A stretch of 64,000 nt of DNA. Origin: Vicugna vicugna (Eukaryota). This document shows positions 1 to 13,390 of this stretch, piece by piece (positions within the stretch are counted from its first letter, which is position 1; each line of letters opens with the position of its first letter). The position numbers and the translations under genes were made by a program. The stretch spans positions 1,054,001-1,118,000 of the forward strand of contig MU062317.1 in NCBI GenBank assembly GCA_013265495.1, in the 5' to 3' direction. Below the pieces are notes generated by a model, which was not told the DNA's origin, searched no databases, and worked only from the letters and a program-made list of their open reading frames with translations.

Positions 1-1033
1 GGGGTCCCCACCCCAGGAGGGCCTGAGGGGGAAGGCCCGGAGCTGGCGGCCAGGGAGCCTCACTCCATCCTGCCCCAGCTGGTGGCCACACCAGCCCAAA
101 AGAACCCACTAGGCTGAGGGAAGGGGAGCCTGGGGAGAGAACCCTACCACCTCGGGCCATCCGTCCCGTCCCCTCTGGGGGAGCCAGACACACTGGAGCC
201 AGTGGGCAGGGCCCTCAGCCAGGGCCAGGGGTCGGGGGACATCAGTGTGGTGCAGGGCAGAACCAGCCCCCAGAGCAACCACATGGCAGCCTGGGCGTGC
301 CCCCTTCCAAGCTGGGAAGGACCCTTGGCTTCACAGAAGCCCTGCCCGCAAGGGAGCGCAGTCGGTGGAGACGGCGCCGGGCAGCTTCTGTACCTTAGGG
401 GCCAAGGTTGGGGTGGGCGGGGCAGGCCACTACTGAGAACTGGCCGTGGGAGGACCAGGTCTGACCCCTCCCCAGGGAGGCCGGGTCCTGATGGACAGAG
501 GGCTGAACTCCGCTGCGGGGGGGGGCTGCCTGTGTTACAGTAATGGACACGGAGAAGGGGGGACCTGGGGCGAGTCCTGGAGAAACCCCTGACCCAGTCT
601 TCCCGCAGCCCTGGCTGCCGTGGCGGCTGCAGACCTAGAGGGGGATTCTGTCCGTGCATCCTCAGGTTCCTCACCTGAGAAACTCCGCAAGGGGCCGGCC
701 ACATGCTGCCAGCACCACACCCTCCCCACCACCAGCCACCTCCTCAGGCCCCCAGCAGGGCTCAGGGGCCAGACCCGCAGAAAGCCACCCCCAGGCAGAC
801 GGGGGAGCAGCACAAGGAGGGAGGCCGGCTGGGAGGTGGGCGTTCTGGGGGGTGAGTGGGGAGGGTGATGGGTTTTCAAGGTCATTTCAACTGTGGTTCA
901 GGCATCAGTGCTTCTGCAAGGGGAGTGGACCCTGGCCAGGCCTGACTGCTTCGTTAACCCCGGGGGAGACTGGGATGCAGAGACGCAGCCTTGCCGCGAC
1001 TTTCTGGCACGGGCGGAGGGGCGGTGACGAGGT

Positions 1034-1136
1034 TTACTTACTTAATTACTTACTTACTTATTGAAGAGGAGGTACTGGGGATTGAACCCAGGACCTTGCG
1101 CATGCACTCCGCCACGAGCTGTATCCTGCTCACCGC
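1034..1136 (-). mobile_element. tRNA-Ala-derived SINE (camelid Vic-1-like), internally deleted
   Basis: Minus strand reads GCGGTGAGCAGGATACAGCTCGTGGCGGAGTGCATGCGCAAGGTCCTGGGTTCAATCCCCAGTACCTCC: a tRNA-Ala-like head with B-box GGTTCAATCCC and about 10 nt missing from the anticodon arm, followed by a (TAAG)n tail. No clear target-site duplication. Confidence 0.85.
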
Positions 1137-1220
1137 AACTTTATTATTGTCATGAGGCTGGAGGACGGCGCTCCAGGGCCTGGTGGAGCCCGGCTGCTCT
1201 CAGCCACCCTGCCCAGCGAG

Positions 1221-1335
1221 CATCCTCACACCCACCCTATAGACACGGAAGTAGACCTGAGAGGTCAGGAAATTCGCTCAAGATCACACAGCCCATGGCG
1301 GATGCGTCAGAACCCAGAGCTCTTCCAGCCAAGCC
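1221..1335 (-). mobile_element. MIR SINE fragment
   Basis: CCCTATAGACACGGAAGTAGACCTGAGAGGTCAGGAAATTCGCTCAAGATCACACAGC resembles the antisense MIR core (recalled: CATTTTACAGATGAGGAAACTGAGG...TTGCCCAAGGTCACACAGC). Confidence 0.7.
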
Positions 1336-4300
1336 AAGCCCTCTCCTTTAGCCCAACCAGAGGCTCCGACACCCTGCCCTTGACCTCTCTCCCCACATCG
1401 GCGATGCCGGCGGCTTCTCTGAGCTGCTCCGTCCTCACCCGGGAAGCAGGCAGCAGCAGCGCCACTGGCCCCAGCCCTGGCCTCATGGTCCCCGAGGACA
1501 CGCACTCCAGGCCCCCGCAGGTGGGCACACAGCACACGGGCCTTTGGAAGGTACCGGTGGGAGGGCCTCTCTCCCAGGGAGAGTCTGAAGGATGCCACGA
1601 AGGTGCGACCGGCGGGAGGAGCACAAAAGGGGAGAATGGCCAGGCACCCTTTTAACATGTGGCCCCAAACAAGCAGCAAACGACCCACCGATCCTGGAGA
1701 TGACGGTGGCCACCCCCCGGGTGACAGGCAGGGGCCCTGGGGAGACTGAGGAAGACCAGCGCCCTGCCGCACGCCCACCTCTCCGCCTACTCACCGTCCT
1801 CCCCCGCTCGGACGCCAAGCAGCCTGCTCCGGAAGCTTCCGAGGCTCGCCGGCCCCGAGCCTGGACCCCCTTCCTTGTCCAGGAGCAGAAGAGTGGCCCT
1901 GCCGTCCAGGCTCCACGACGCTGTCAGTGTGAAGACGGGACTGAGGAGGCCTGGGCGGCCGGGAAGATGCCCGGGCGGGCGAAAGAGGAAGAGGCCGGCC
2001 CAGCGGGGACGCGCAGGCGTGGTGAGCGGCTCTCGCCTCTGCCGCAAGGTGTGGGTTCTAAAAACAGACCCTCTCCTTTCTAAGCACATGTCCCCAGCTC
2101 CCCCTTCTCCAATGACCTCATTCCTTCCCAACTGATGGTCAGACCTGACCAGGGACAGCAGACGGGGGCTCAGAGCAGCAACCTGGGCAGGAGACGCTAG
2201 AAGGGGCCTGAGGCTGGAGCAACGGGAGAGGAGGACCAGCAAGGGACCCCCACGCGGAGCGGGAGGGCAGGGCTGGTGAAGGATGGAGGAGGAGGGAGGG
2301 CCCTTTCCCTCCGGGGGGACTCGGGGCACCTGGTCCGGGGTGCTATAAGGCCGGCCCACCGCACACCCAAAATGGACAGGTTCCAGAGCAGAGCAGGCCA
2401 CCCCAGTCCAGGCCGGGAGGGAGGGCGGGTTCCTGGGGCTTCACAGGGAGGTGGGCCCAACCGGGGACAGACGTTGCTGAGCGTCTGAAAAGCAAAATAG
2501 GGGAGGGAGGGTGGCTGCCCCCTGACCTGTGTTCCATCCTGACACTTCACGCTTGTCAGCACGTTCTCCCTGCCAGGGTGAAGGGCCCTTCCATCTTAAA
2601 CCATGAACGGCTGTGGAGCGGGGAGCAGCGTGAGGCAGCCCCCAGCCAGGCACCCCAGGACCCCTGGCCCTGGGACACCCCAAGTGGCGAATCCACCCCT
2701 TCAAGGCTCCTCCGCCCACTGCAGCCCTGCTTTCCCGCCCCTGCCCAGGCTGCCCACAGGACCTCCAGGGCAGCCCCGTCTCCAGGGGGCACAGGGGCCC
2801 CCAGAGCTGCCTGGACGAGGAGGCTGGGGCCAGGCTTTCCCCAAAATGCACCTGCTGACCTGGAACCTGGCCCGTTGGCAGCAGACGCGGCCGCAGCGGC
2901 CATCCGAGCCAACCCTGTCCTCTCACTCATGAGACGCTGTGTCTGTGGAGGCACCAGGTGGGACAGGAGCCCCGGCCTCCCTGCCCACCCCTCACTGCCC
3001 GGCCTCGTGGCCTCTCTTCATTTTCCGGCTTTATTCCCTGGACTCCGGAGTCCCCTCTGCATCCCACCTCCCCGGGGCAGTGGGCGGATCTCAGGGGCAC
3101 GTGCTCTGCTCTGCGGGGGACGCTGTAGCTGAGGAAGGCTGGCGCCCCCCAGCCCTGTGAGCCCAGGCCCGCTAAAGCCGTACCCCGAACTATGGAAAAC
3201 ACACCTAATTCTAGATGTATTTACCTGCCTTCCCTGCAAACCTCAGAGGGTGAGCCCAGGTTTTCCTGAGCAGTCAGCCCTCGGGTGTTCAGGCCACACT
3301 GACTCCCCTGCAGGGCAGCTGGACCTTCTAACCACAAGCGGGCAGACAGGGCAGTGGGAGACCCCTGACTGCCTGCCAGCACTGCTCCCAGCACCCCGGC
3401 CAGTGCCCAGTAAGAATGACATCTGAGGACCTCTGGGGTCCTCACTTCCCCGGGCTGGAGAGGGGACCAGCCATTTGTGCCTGGTGGGCATGAGGGAGGG
3501 GCCTGGAGAGGCCGAGGGGACCCAGAGACCCCAGCCCCCAGCCTTCCTCCCACCTGGCTTTGTCTCACCCAACACAGGAAATTCCCCATTCAGCCGCCAT
3601 GTTTCTCTGGGCACCAGGAGCTCTGTTCCCCGGTAACGCCGCCCCCCCCAAGGCGAGAGCAGGAGGGAGGCCCCGGCTTGGCCCACGCGGCCCCTGCTCC
3701 CTTCCTGGCCCGTGGGGTTCTCCCGGGGGTGGGCAGGCACGTGGCCTGGAGTCCCCACGGTGACGGCGCCCGCACGGAAGTGTCCTCCAGGGTCCCCGTC
3801 GGCTTTGGGAGGGATGGGCAGGAGGGCCCAGCCGTGTGTGGGAGGTGCGCCATTCCTCCATCCACCGACTGCAGGGGTGCAGCGTTCCCCACTGAACCAC
3901 TCTGTTCACTCCCATAAGTGAGCAGCTCCAGCAGGGGAGTCACCTCCCCTTCACTGCTGGCCAGGCCCCGTGGAGGCGACAGCCGCTGTCTGCAGGGTCC
4001 GGGCCCCGGTGCCGAGCCTGCGAGGGGCTGAGCCGTGCTGTCTTCTGGGCTGGTGCTGCCCTCTGAGCGACGGACTCTGAGACCGGGTGGGGGTGGAGAA
4101 TCCCCCATTTATTTCACGTGGAGTTGTGTTTAAGTCAGTCCATTCTGAAAATTCCACAGCCATCCTAGAGATGCTTAGAAGCCAAGGGGAGGCGGAAAGG
4201 CAGGCAGAGAACCTCACGTGTGCACGGCTCTGCACCCCCCAGTTCGAGGCCCCCGCTCAGTGTCCCACTGCCCCACCCAAGGCTCCTGCTCCTGGCGCCG

Positions 4301-6582
4301 GGAGCTCCTCCTGCCCTGAGCACACTCAGACATTGGTTTCTAGGTCACCAGCAGCCACAGACCACACTGGCTGTGGCCACTGCCTTTCCCCAGACCAAGG
4401 TCCCTGGCCAGAGTCGCCACTTCTGTTCGGCACTTCCTGGAACACAGCAGCCTGACCACAGAATCACAGAAGTCCACACTCTGTGGTGACTTTGAAAATT
4501 TCTTGGCGCTCGGGGAAATTTACCAAGAATTCCTTCCTTGACCCACCTGCTTAGGCAGGTTGGGGGTGCATAGACCTGCCTCCCCAGCCCAATCCCCCGC
4601 CCCGAGCATCCCCCATCCTTCCCTGGGCTCTGGAGCCGTCGACACTGGCCTTTACTCTGAATGGTCCGGGCAGGAGCTGACACCTGCCCAACGCTGTCTG
4701 CCTCTGACAGCCCCCTGGCCTGGCCCCTGCAGGGGACTGTGGGTGGGTGAGCACCCGCCTTCCCCAGCCGGGGCAGGAGGAGCAGTCACCAGGGGAGGTG
4801 CTGACGAGGCTCTCAGCCGTGGCTCACTGAGGGTTCTGGGCCATCACAGAGCCCGGCAGTCGTTTCCAGAGGTGGGAAAATTCCTCCAAAGGGTCCAAAA
4901 ACACCCACTTGGCCGCGCCTGCCGCGTCACTCAGCTCGCAGGCGGCTGCCGCCTTCCCCATCTTCCCTGGGTTTTAAAGGTTCTGCCTTGAGACGTCATG
5001 GCCCCCTCGTGATAAGTGGACAGGAGCCCCCCCCCACCGCCCCCAGCCTCGTTCCCAGCCCAGGAGCAGCCATGAGACCGTGGAATGCATCCACCCCCAC
5101 CTGGCGGCACAGAGCCCAGGCGGGGCTGCCTGGCTGGCGAGGGAGGAGGGCCCTGCACCCAGTGGCACCCAATTCTGGACTCATCCAGAACCACCCACAG
5201 AAGCCCCGAGCGGGAGGCCCAGCCATCCCGACTCGATCTCTAGTTCCCACTCACTGATCGTAGGTGGTGAGCCTCAGGCTTTTTTAAGCTAAACGGCACA
5301 TTTTACCACAGAAATGGAAGAGCTCCGACCGAAGCCCCCAGACCGCCTGGTTCAGGCCCGCAAACCCCGCCTCACCGGACGCATCACGCCCCGTGGTGCT
5401 GGTGGTCAGCTGGGGGCAGCAGGGTGTGGTGTGCATGTCAGGGAGCCGTGCGGTGGGACAGGTGGGCGCGTTCATTCCTGGGTCTGCACACAGTGCCCCC
5501 TGCCTCGGGGTTCACTCCGGGGGCCCCACACCCACCGTCTCCGCTGGGCCACCTCACCCTGTCCCCCTTAGGGCCTGGGCCCAGCTCCAGGGCCACAGGA
5601 TGGAGGGTCGAACCTACCATCAGCACGGCCCCTGGGCCTGGGGCCCTCGTCTGCAGGGGGAATGCCCGCACACGCAGCTCTGCCGCGGGGGCTGGGGGCA
5701 CCAGCGCGGCGGTGCTCGTCTGGGGGCTGGTTCCATCTGGTCCTTTACGTTGGGGCCTCCGTCCCCTCCTCAGGAGGGCTTTCCAGACCACCTGCCGAAA
5801 GCGGCTCTCCCCACCCGGCCCCTCCTCATCGCCCTGTGAGCTTCTTGGCGGTTCTCACATCTGAGCTGTCGCACTTTGGACAACTTGTCAGGGCCTCGGA
5901 AGGCGCATCCCCGAGGACTGGCTCTTACTCTCCAGCCTTGTTCTCAGCTGTGACTTGGAGGCTCACACAGCAGTGGCACGTAGTGGCCACTCGACACACC
6001 TGTGACCACTGAAAGCAGGCGGCCGGGCCCTGAGCTCCTGCTCTGTGTCTACAGCAGGGACGACAGTTCGTGTGTCTGCGGAAGGGGCCACAGCCCACGT
6101 GTCTACAGCCGGGATGATACTAATGACACTGTCGCCCCTCCTTCTGGGGCTACGGGGTGTCCTGGTGGAGCCAGAAGGAATCCAGGATGGGTACCTGCTC
6201 GTGGTCAGCTGCAGTCCTGGCCCAGGGGCCTCCTAGGGCCACCTCCCTGTGGGCCGCTGTGCCCCTCAGCCCCTTGCCAGGCCCCTGCACACAGGGATGG
6301 TTGGCTTTCTCACAGGAAGACTCGGCCCGGGGTCTGGCGGGCAGACGAGCGGAAGTCTGTAGGGCCATACTCACAGCTCTAGCCTTTCTCACTGACTCCC
6401 ATGCGGATCTGAGCATTTCTGGGAAGTCCAACTCCTCTGGCTCCTGGAGGAGACCAGGCAGGTGGGGACGAAGCTAGCGTCTTGGCATCGTGGTCCCATT
6501 TCCCATGTGCAGTCCAGCGCTGTCACATCCACAGGTGAGTCTCCTCCAACGTCCTCTCCCAGGGCCTCAGTCTCCATCCACC

Positions 6583-6596
6583 CCTCGAGGGGGCGG
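6583..6596 (+). promoter_or_regulatory. Candidate CTCF motif
   Basis: CCTCGAGGGGGCGG is a close but imperfect match to the CTCF core CCRSYAGRKGGCRS. Motif only, no occupancy data. Confidence 0.3.
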
Positions 6597-9500
6597 GGGC
6601 CTGTATGGCTCAGCCGTCAGGTGACCACGCAGGTCAGGGCCTTTAAAGCCAAGACCCCAGTCCTGACCGGAGCCCTGGGGCAGAGCAGACGTCGGTCAGG
6701 GAGCAAGTCTTGTCATGCGGTCACGAGGAGGTCTCGCTCTCACTCTGCGGGGCATCTGTGGACAAGATGAGGCCATGCCTGCCGGCAGGGCGTGAGTCTG
6801 CCCCAGGGCCCAAGTCTGGGAGCCTTGGAGGAGCCTGGGAAGCTGCCTTGTCCAGGGTCAGGCTCCCGTCAGACCCCACACAGGGCTCTGAGCAGAGGGA
6901 GGGGCCCCCAACCCTGGGAGCCTGGAGGGTTGGTCCTGAAGGCTCTGCCTTCAGCCCGGGGGTCTCGCTCACCTCCCGTCCCCCGCATCCAGAGGAGTGT
7001 CACTGCTGCTTCAGGAGACCAGGGTCAGATGCCCTGCTTGCTCCTGGGGGACGATGGTGCAGCAGGAGACGTTTTTACTTGAGACTGAGGTGCCTCAGCA
7101 GAGGTCAAAGGTGGGAGGTGGTGGAGTTCTGAAGGGAGGCTGCAGTTTGCATCAAAGGGACTGGGGAGCAGCCAGGCCATGGCCAGGGTGCCCCCAAGCT
7201 GGGGGTCGCCCGAGCCTGCCCTGTGGCACAGCCCAAGGTGGGTTTCATGGCCACGAGAAGCCCCCACAGTGTGCGCACCTGGCCTGCCCTCCATGGGGAC
7301 AAGCGCCCAGCCCAGCTTCCTTGAGCAAAACGGCCCCCTGACTCCGGAGGAGCCTCCACTGTTATGTGGGCCGCCCTGGGCAGCCGGGCACCCGCCTCTG
7401 GGACAGGGTCAGCGACTCTGGACAGGCTCAGAGGAGCTCCAGGAAGCCTGGCGGCGCGTGTGGTGTCTCCCAGCTGGACTCCATCCTGAGCAGACAGGCA
7501 GCTCCTGGGAATGCAGTGGCTGCCACCCCTGGTGTCACCCTAGCCTGCCTGGCTGCCCCGACGTCCCCTCCATACAGTGACGTCTCTGGGCTGCTTCCTG
7601 GATGCCAGTGAGCTCATCCACAACCTCCCCCTAATCCCCTCCGGGACCAAGAGGGCTGGGGCCCATAACACCCCCACTGGAGGACTGAGGACACCGTGCC
7701 TGGAGGGTCACTGAGAGGTGGAGGAGCCGGATGTGAGCCCAGGCCGGCCAGTCCCAGCCTGGGCCCTGACTGCCTGCCTCGTGCAGGGGCAGCCAGTGCG
7801 TCCCTGACCCCCGGCTGTGATCTGGGGGACGCTTCCATCTCACTTGCCCGCCTAGACCACAAGCAAGGGCAGGAGAGCTTCCTAGAACCCGGAGCGGCAG
7901 AAGGGGCTTCCGTTGTCACTGAACAAATGATGACGGCTGGGAGGACAAGTGGAGGGGCTGCGAGCCCGGGTCCCTGTCACCGAGAAGCTGGCCAGGTGAC
8001 GGGCTGGTGTGGCAAAGCCAACAATCACGTGTTCTTATCTGCATGAAATCCGAAGAAGCACCCACGGGGAGCAGGCCAGGGCCTCGGGGTGAACATGTCG
8101 GGGTTGGCTGGGCCTGGAGGAGGCACCCCAGAAGGGGGAGTTTGCAAGTCCCGGATGCGACGCTTCCTTGCATTTTCTCTGCAGCGGTGGCTGCCCCAAC
8201 ACACAGTGTCTGGGCCTGGGCCTGCGCCTGCGCCCGGCGGGCCCTTCTGCTCCGATGAGGAAACTCCATCTTGTAAAAAGGCTGCTGGAGCCGGATGCAT
8301 TTGATGGCCTGGGGACGTCTTGTTTCTCCTGAACAGCAGCACAGGCAGCCACCGCGCTCAGAGGGCTTCCCATCGCCTCCCACGCCATCCACGAGGCCGG
8401 CACACCCTCTCCAGCTCCAAGTGGGTGGATGGGCTCCTCTCTGGCTGGCTCCATGGAGAACGTGGCCCGAGGGGAGGCGGCTTTGATGCGCAGGGACCCA
8501 GCTCTGGATAGGGGAGGCCCAGGGCCCACACCTTTCAGACGGCAATGCTCGGGTGGGCTCCTGGCTGGGTACCTCGGTGCAGGCAGCGAGGGTGCAGAGA
8601 GCTAGAGGGTCCACGCACATCTTCCCTGGGCGGGAGCCGTGCTGGCAGGGTGCCACCTCCATCCATCCACGGCGAGGCCACGCCTGCCTAACTCCCTCAG
8701 GCCACAGACCCCCACGGTGGGGGGGGGGGACAGGTGAGGTGACGAGTGGCCACATGCCATGCAGCCCTCGAGACACCTGTGTCTTCCAGGCACATATGGG
8801 GAGAGGGGTCCCTAGTCCTTCTGGAGCGGGACTGGGCTTCTAGGAAAGGATCTCACACCAATGGGAAAAGGCAGGAGGCATCCGGGGCGGGAGGGCACCT
8901 GCCTGGGGCTTGGAAGCCGGCATTCAGGCACCGCTGACCACAGCCTCCAGGCAAAGACCCCCACATCCAGTCTCACCAGAGGAAGAGGCACCCACCAAGA
9001 GGGGCAGGGACGTGAGGGCGTGGGCGCAGGGAGCGTGGGGGGCGTCTGGGGCGGGGGTGGTGTTGGTTTCTGGATGGTCCTCACTGGCTCAGGCCCCTCG
9101 CTCCCTGATTTCTGCAGCAGAGACTCCAGAAGGAGCCGTCCTCCCGTCTCCTCCGCGAGGGGTTTCCTCAGCCAAACAGAATCCCCGTGTGTTCGCGCTG
9201 CCCCAAGAGCAGCGGCTGGGGTCGAACGGCCGGGGCGGCCGAGGGAACGTGTGAAACAGGCGGCGCCGTCAGAAGCGCAGGCCTCGTGCAGCCCGCTGCG
9301 CGGCCGGCGGGCCTCAGAAGGTGAGAGAAACAACATTAGAAAGCGGAACGAGGGGAGCAAAAAGAAGGAAGCGCGAAGGCCAAAGAGCCCGCCACCTGGA
9401 GGAGGGGCCGAGGGAGCAGCTCCCGAGAAGTTCCGTGCAGTCTTTGCTCACCCACAAGCAGAGGCTGGCCCCCAGTGCCACCGACGGAGACGCGCCTCCC

Positions 9501-12500
9501 TCCCCGGAAAACTGATTTGTCAACAACCAGGGATTCGTGTAAAGGCATCTCAAGGTTGTTATTAAAAAAAAAAAAGAGTAATGCTGAAAACCACGGGCAA
9601 CGTCACACAACCAAGAAACGGTTTTTGAGAAAAGTGATTCCAGCAGGACCGCTGCCCCTGCACGGGCGGCCTGGAGAGGCCGGGCTTGTGCCGTCTGAGG
9701 GGACGGGGCGCAGAGCGTTCCTGGCTGCGAGTTTATTTGCAAAGAAATGTGAAGTCGAAGGTGGTTTACTTCTCCTCCGGTGATCTCAGCATCCCCCCCC
9801 AACCGGAGGAGCGAGAGTTTCCTCATTTGGGGTTGAGTCGCCTGCCAAGCGCGAGGAAGGACCCTTGGCCTGACCCCGATGCGGACGGCAGTTCCTCGCC
9901 GCGGCCCCCAGGCCCGGTGAGTGGCACCCTGACCCAGACCAGGAAGCCCGGGGACGCTCCCACACCCCGGCTTCTCTGGCCCCAACGTGGGTCTCCTGCT
10001 GCGGACGGGCTGCGCGGGTGGGAAGCCCCCTCCCCTCCGTCTTCTGGGAAAGAAAAAGACACGTGCCCTCGGGCCCCCAGCTCCCACAGACAGGTTGGCC
10101 AACGCAGGGTGGCTCCTTTAAGAAGCAAACCTGACCTTACCCTTCACCTCCAAAGGAGCAGGCCCTTCCAAGGAGGGGGTGGGCCGGGGCAGGACCTCCA
10201 CGGGCCAGGGTCCAGTTCTAACTGCAAACACGTGGCGCTGGCCCGAGAGTGACCACCACTGGACTCTGCCGTCTCTTCCTTTGCTCCCCACCCTCCCGCC
10301 CCCACTCCCGTGGGCGGCGAACAAGACCGCGTTTAGACTGCAGGGTCCCATCACTTAACTGCTTCACTACTGGAAATTTCAGGAGGCTCACGGGAACCTC
10401 CAAGCACGAGCACTTCTCTGCAGCTCTTTTGCCCAATTAACAGCAAACTTCATAAAAATAAATAACTAAATACAGCAAGCACTGCCAGAGGACGCCAAGG
10501 ATCCTCCCTTAGCTCCCAAAGCCGTAACGTCCCCACCCCAAAGGCTGCAGGAGAGGACGGCGAGGCTGGGCCCGGGGTTGGGCCCCAGATGGGGGTCAGT
10601 ACAGCCCAGGCTCTGGGGCCCAGAGCTCACGGGTTCTCTTGGCTCTCCTGCTTCTAAACACGACCAGCGTGTCCAGATGAAAATGCAGCCCAGGGCGGGA
10701 GGTCAGGCAGCGGGCCGGGGGCTGGGAGCCCGGCCAACATTCTGGGCGGGAAGTGTCTCTGCTCTGAGGGTGTGCGGGGCAGGGGTGGGGGAGACAGCTC
10801 CTCGCGAGGCAGCCTCGGCCATGGGGAAGCCACCCCCGACACGCTGGGAGTGCCAGCGCCTTCAGCCCTGGACGGGAGGTGAGGGATGCCCTCAGTCCAG
10901 CCTAGGGGTCGGACACAGTGACCCCGTGGCCCAGGCTGGCCGCCCTGGTGGGGAGACCCTGCACGTGGAGCTCGCTGGGTGAGCGCCTTACAGTTTATAA
11001 AGACTCCCGCGGGCACGAGGTTCCCTGAGCACGCTTCAGTTTCCCAGTCTGTCCTCCTCCCTAAGAGAAGGACGAGCACAAATGACAGAGGGACAAATGA
11101 CAGACAGCTCCCCAGCCACCCCGGGCCGCCACAACCTCCGGCGGTGCCTGTGGACACGTCTAAGGCCCCCTTGAATCAGTCTAAAGGGAGGTACTAACTC
11201 CGTGCCCAGACCAGCGGGGCTGTGGTCAGGTGCAGAAGGCCTCAGAGCTCCAGAGACACACAGCCTGGCCGTCGGTCACCCGTGTGTATGGAGCGCCGGC
11301 CCTCAGGGCCTGTGCCCACCTGGGGTCCCCACAGGCGCCCAGAGAAGGCCCGCCATGACCCCCGCCGGGGCTCCAGGAGGCGAGTTTGCACAGGAGCTGG
11401 ATGCCGGTTTCTGGGAGGGACAGGCCAGCCGGCTCTAGGTCCAACCACAGCCCCAGAAGCAACGCACCCCCGTCTGCAGATGGGAGTGCTGGGCCCAGGG
11501 ACGCTTCGCAGCCAGGGTCATCGCTTGTGGGAGGTGGGTGCGGGACTCCGCAGGGGTCTGTGTGAGCCCCCAGCCTACGCTGCCCGCCTGCTAACAGCGC
11601 CATCGCTCCACTGGATCGAGAGTCTGGAGGGAGCCGGCCAGCTCCCGCCCTGGTCAGTTCCTCTCTCCGTCCGCCATCCCAGGGCACACTGCAGCCGCAT
11701 TCGGCACGTTGAAGCTGACACGTCTGTGGTCCTCCCAGTCCCGCCCGGTAGCAGGACGAAGTTCATCCTTGGGCTGCAGGCTGATCGCCACCCAGTGAGG
11801 CAGAAACCCCACGCCGCTGCAGCTTGAGAGCACCCCCAGCGTCCGGCCAGGAGGACATCCCGTGCGTCCTCAAGGCTGCGGTGCCGCCTGCCCAAGGGTG
11901 GGTTTGTGCTCAGAGGCCACCTGGACCTACACTCTAGAGTCAGGAGTGGGTCCCGGACACCAGACCCAGAGCAGCCGGACATGCCCTCTTCCACAGACAA
12001 AGTCAGGAATGATTCGGGGACAAACAGGGAGTAAAAAGGGGCTGGACATTTGGTGGAGACAAACCCCAAGCATCGCAAAGCCCAGCCAGCGCCTGCAGCA
12101 GGATGTGCGCCAGGTGCCTCCGCCCCGGGCCGCAGGCTTCCCAGCTGCAGCCCACAACCAGACGCCGGGAGCTGCCAGCCCAGAGGGGCCCCTCCCGCCA
12201 GCCCCCCCTCAACGGCTGCGGCCCCGCCGGCCCCGCGCTGTGAGCCCTGGGGAGGCCAAGAATGCCCAGTCTGGGGTGTAAGGTGCTGCCCGTCTCCCCA
12301 CACTGTTTTTTGAAGCGGGCAGGAGCCCCGGGTAGACGCCGGCAGACGCGGCCTGGACTCAAATTCTCCAGGGCGAGGGCAGAGCGGACGGTCCTCCCTG
12401 GCTCAGATGTCCTGGGCCAGTGGCCTCCACTATGGGGCTGCACCTCAAATTTCGGCGACAGAACGGCCACAGAAAGCAGCCCGCTTTATCAACGGCCTGT

Positions 12501-13083
12501 GTGAGCTCTATATTGCCGTGGCCCCTCGCCCCCAGCATTCCACGCCTCCCAGGGGGGCAGATAATCCCACAAAGGGCCTCATGCCAGAGCCCGACGTTGC
12601 AAAGTGCTCTCTCCAGCGGCTCAGTGCCTTTGACTCCATCAGCGTGGGGTTCGCAGGAGTCTCCTTACTGAGCTCCAGGGTTCAGATCGAATGTCCCTTT
12701 GAAAGGGCCAGAGAAGACCCTGCGCCCTGCCCCTGGGTCTGCATGACACCAGATCCAGCCCATCTTGCCCAAGCTTTGGAGGCCCCTGCCTGCCGCACCC
12801 AAGAGGGAAGGGACCCCGACACCCCAGGGTCCCAGGAGGGAGGAGGAAGCCCATACCATGGCCAGGCAGATGCCAAGACCCTCCCTCGCTCCTGTGGGAG
12901 CCCACGAGGAGCATTCGGACTCACTGTCCCAGCCTCCGTCTCTTCTTGCCCTGTCTACAGGCCTGTGGGGCCACGGAGACCCGGTGACAGCCCCCTGAAT
13001 GAGGGTCCTCTTCACCCTCTCTGAGGCCTCAGTCCCCTAAACCGCCCAGGCCTGAAACCGCAGTCTGGTTCATGCAGCCACAT

Positions 13084-13390
13084 CTGTGTGCACAGAGCAC
13101 CACGCACGTACGCATGTGTGTGTACAGGGGGGTGTGTGTGTGCCCGTGTTGCTTATATGCACTGCATTGTGCGACTTGTGCAAATGTGTGCCAGTGCGTG
13201 TGCAGATGGGCTGCATGTACCTGTGTGTGTGAGGACACGTGTGCACACGGATGCATACATGTGCACCTGTGTTGCCTGTGTGTGCTCTGTGCAGGCACGG
13301 TTCAAGTGTGTGCCTTGCCTGAGTGTGAACGTGTGTGCATGTGTGCCTGTACACATGTGAGCATGCAGGTGAGTGTCCATGCACACACTG
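13084..13390. repeat. Degenerate (TG)/(CA)-rich low-complexity tract
   Basis: Run of TGTG, TGCA, CACA and TGTACA units over about 300 bp. Confidence 0.85.

Noticed and set aside
6531-6540. Other AG|GTGAGT matches (6535, 13369; minus strand near 35730 and 41565)
   Set aside because: About one 8-mer match per strand is expected by chance in 64 kb, and these lack convincing exon or branch-point context.
13084-13390. His/Thr/Cys/Val-rich ORFs at 13.1, 52.5 and 55.5 kb resembling metal-binding peptides
   Set aside because: They are translations of degenerate (CA)/(TG) repeats.
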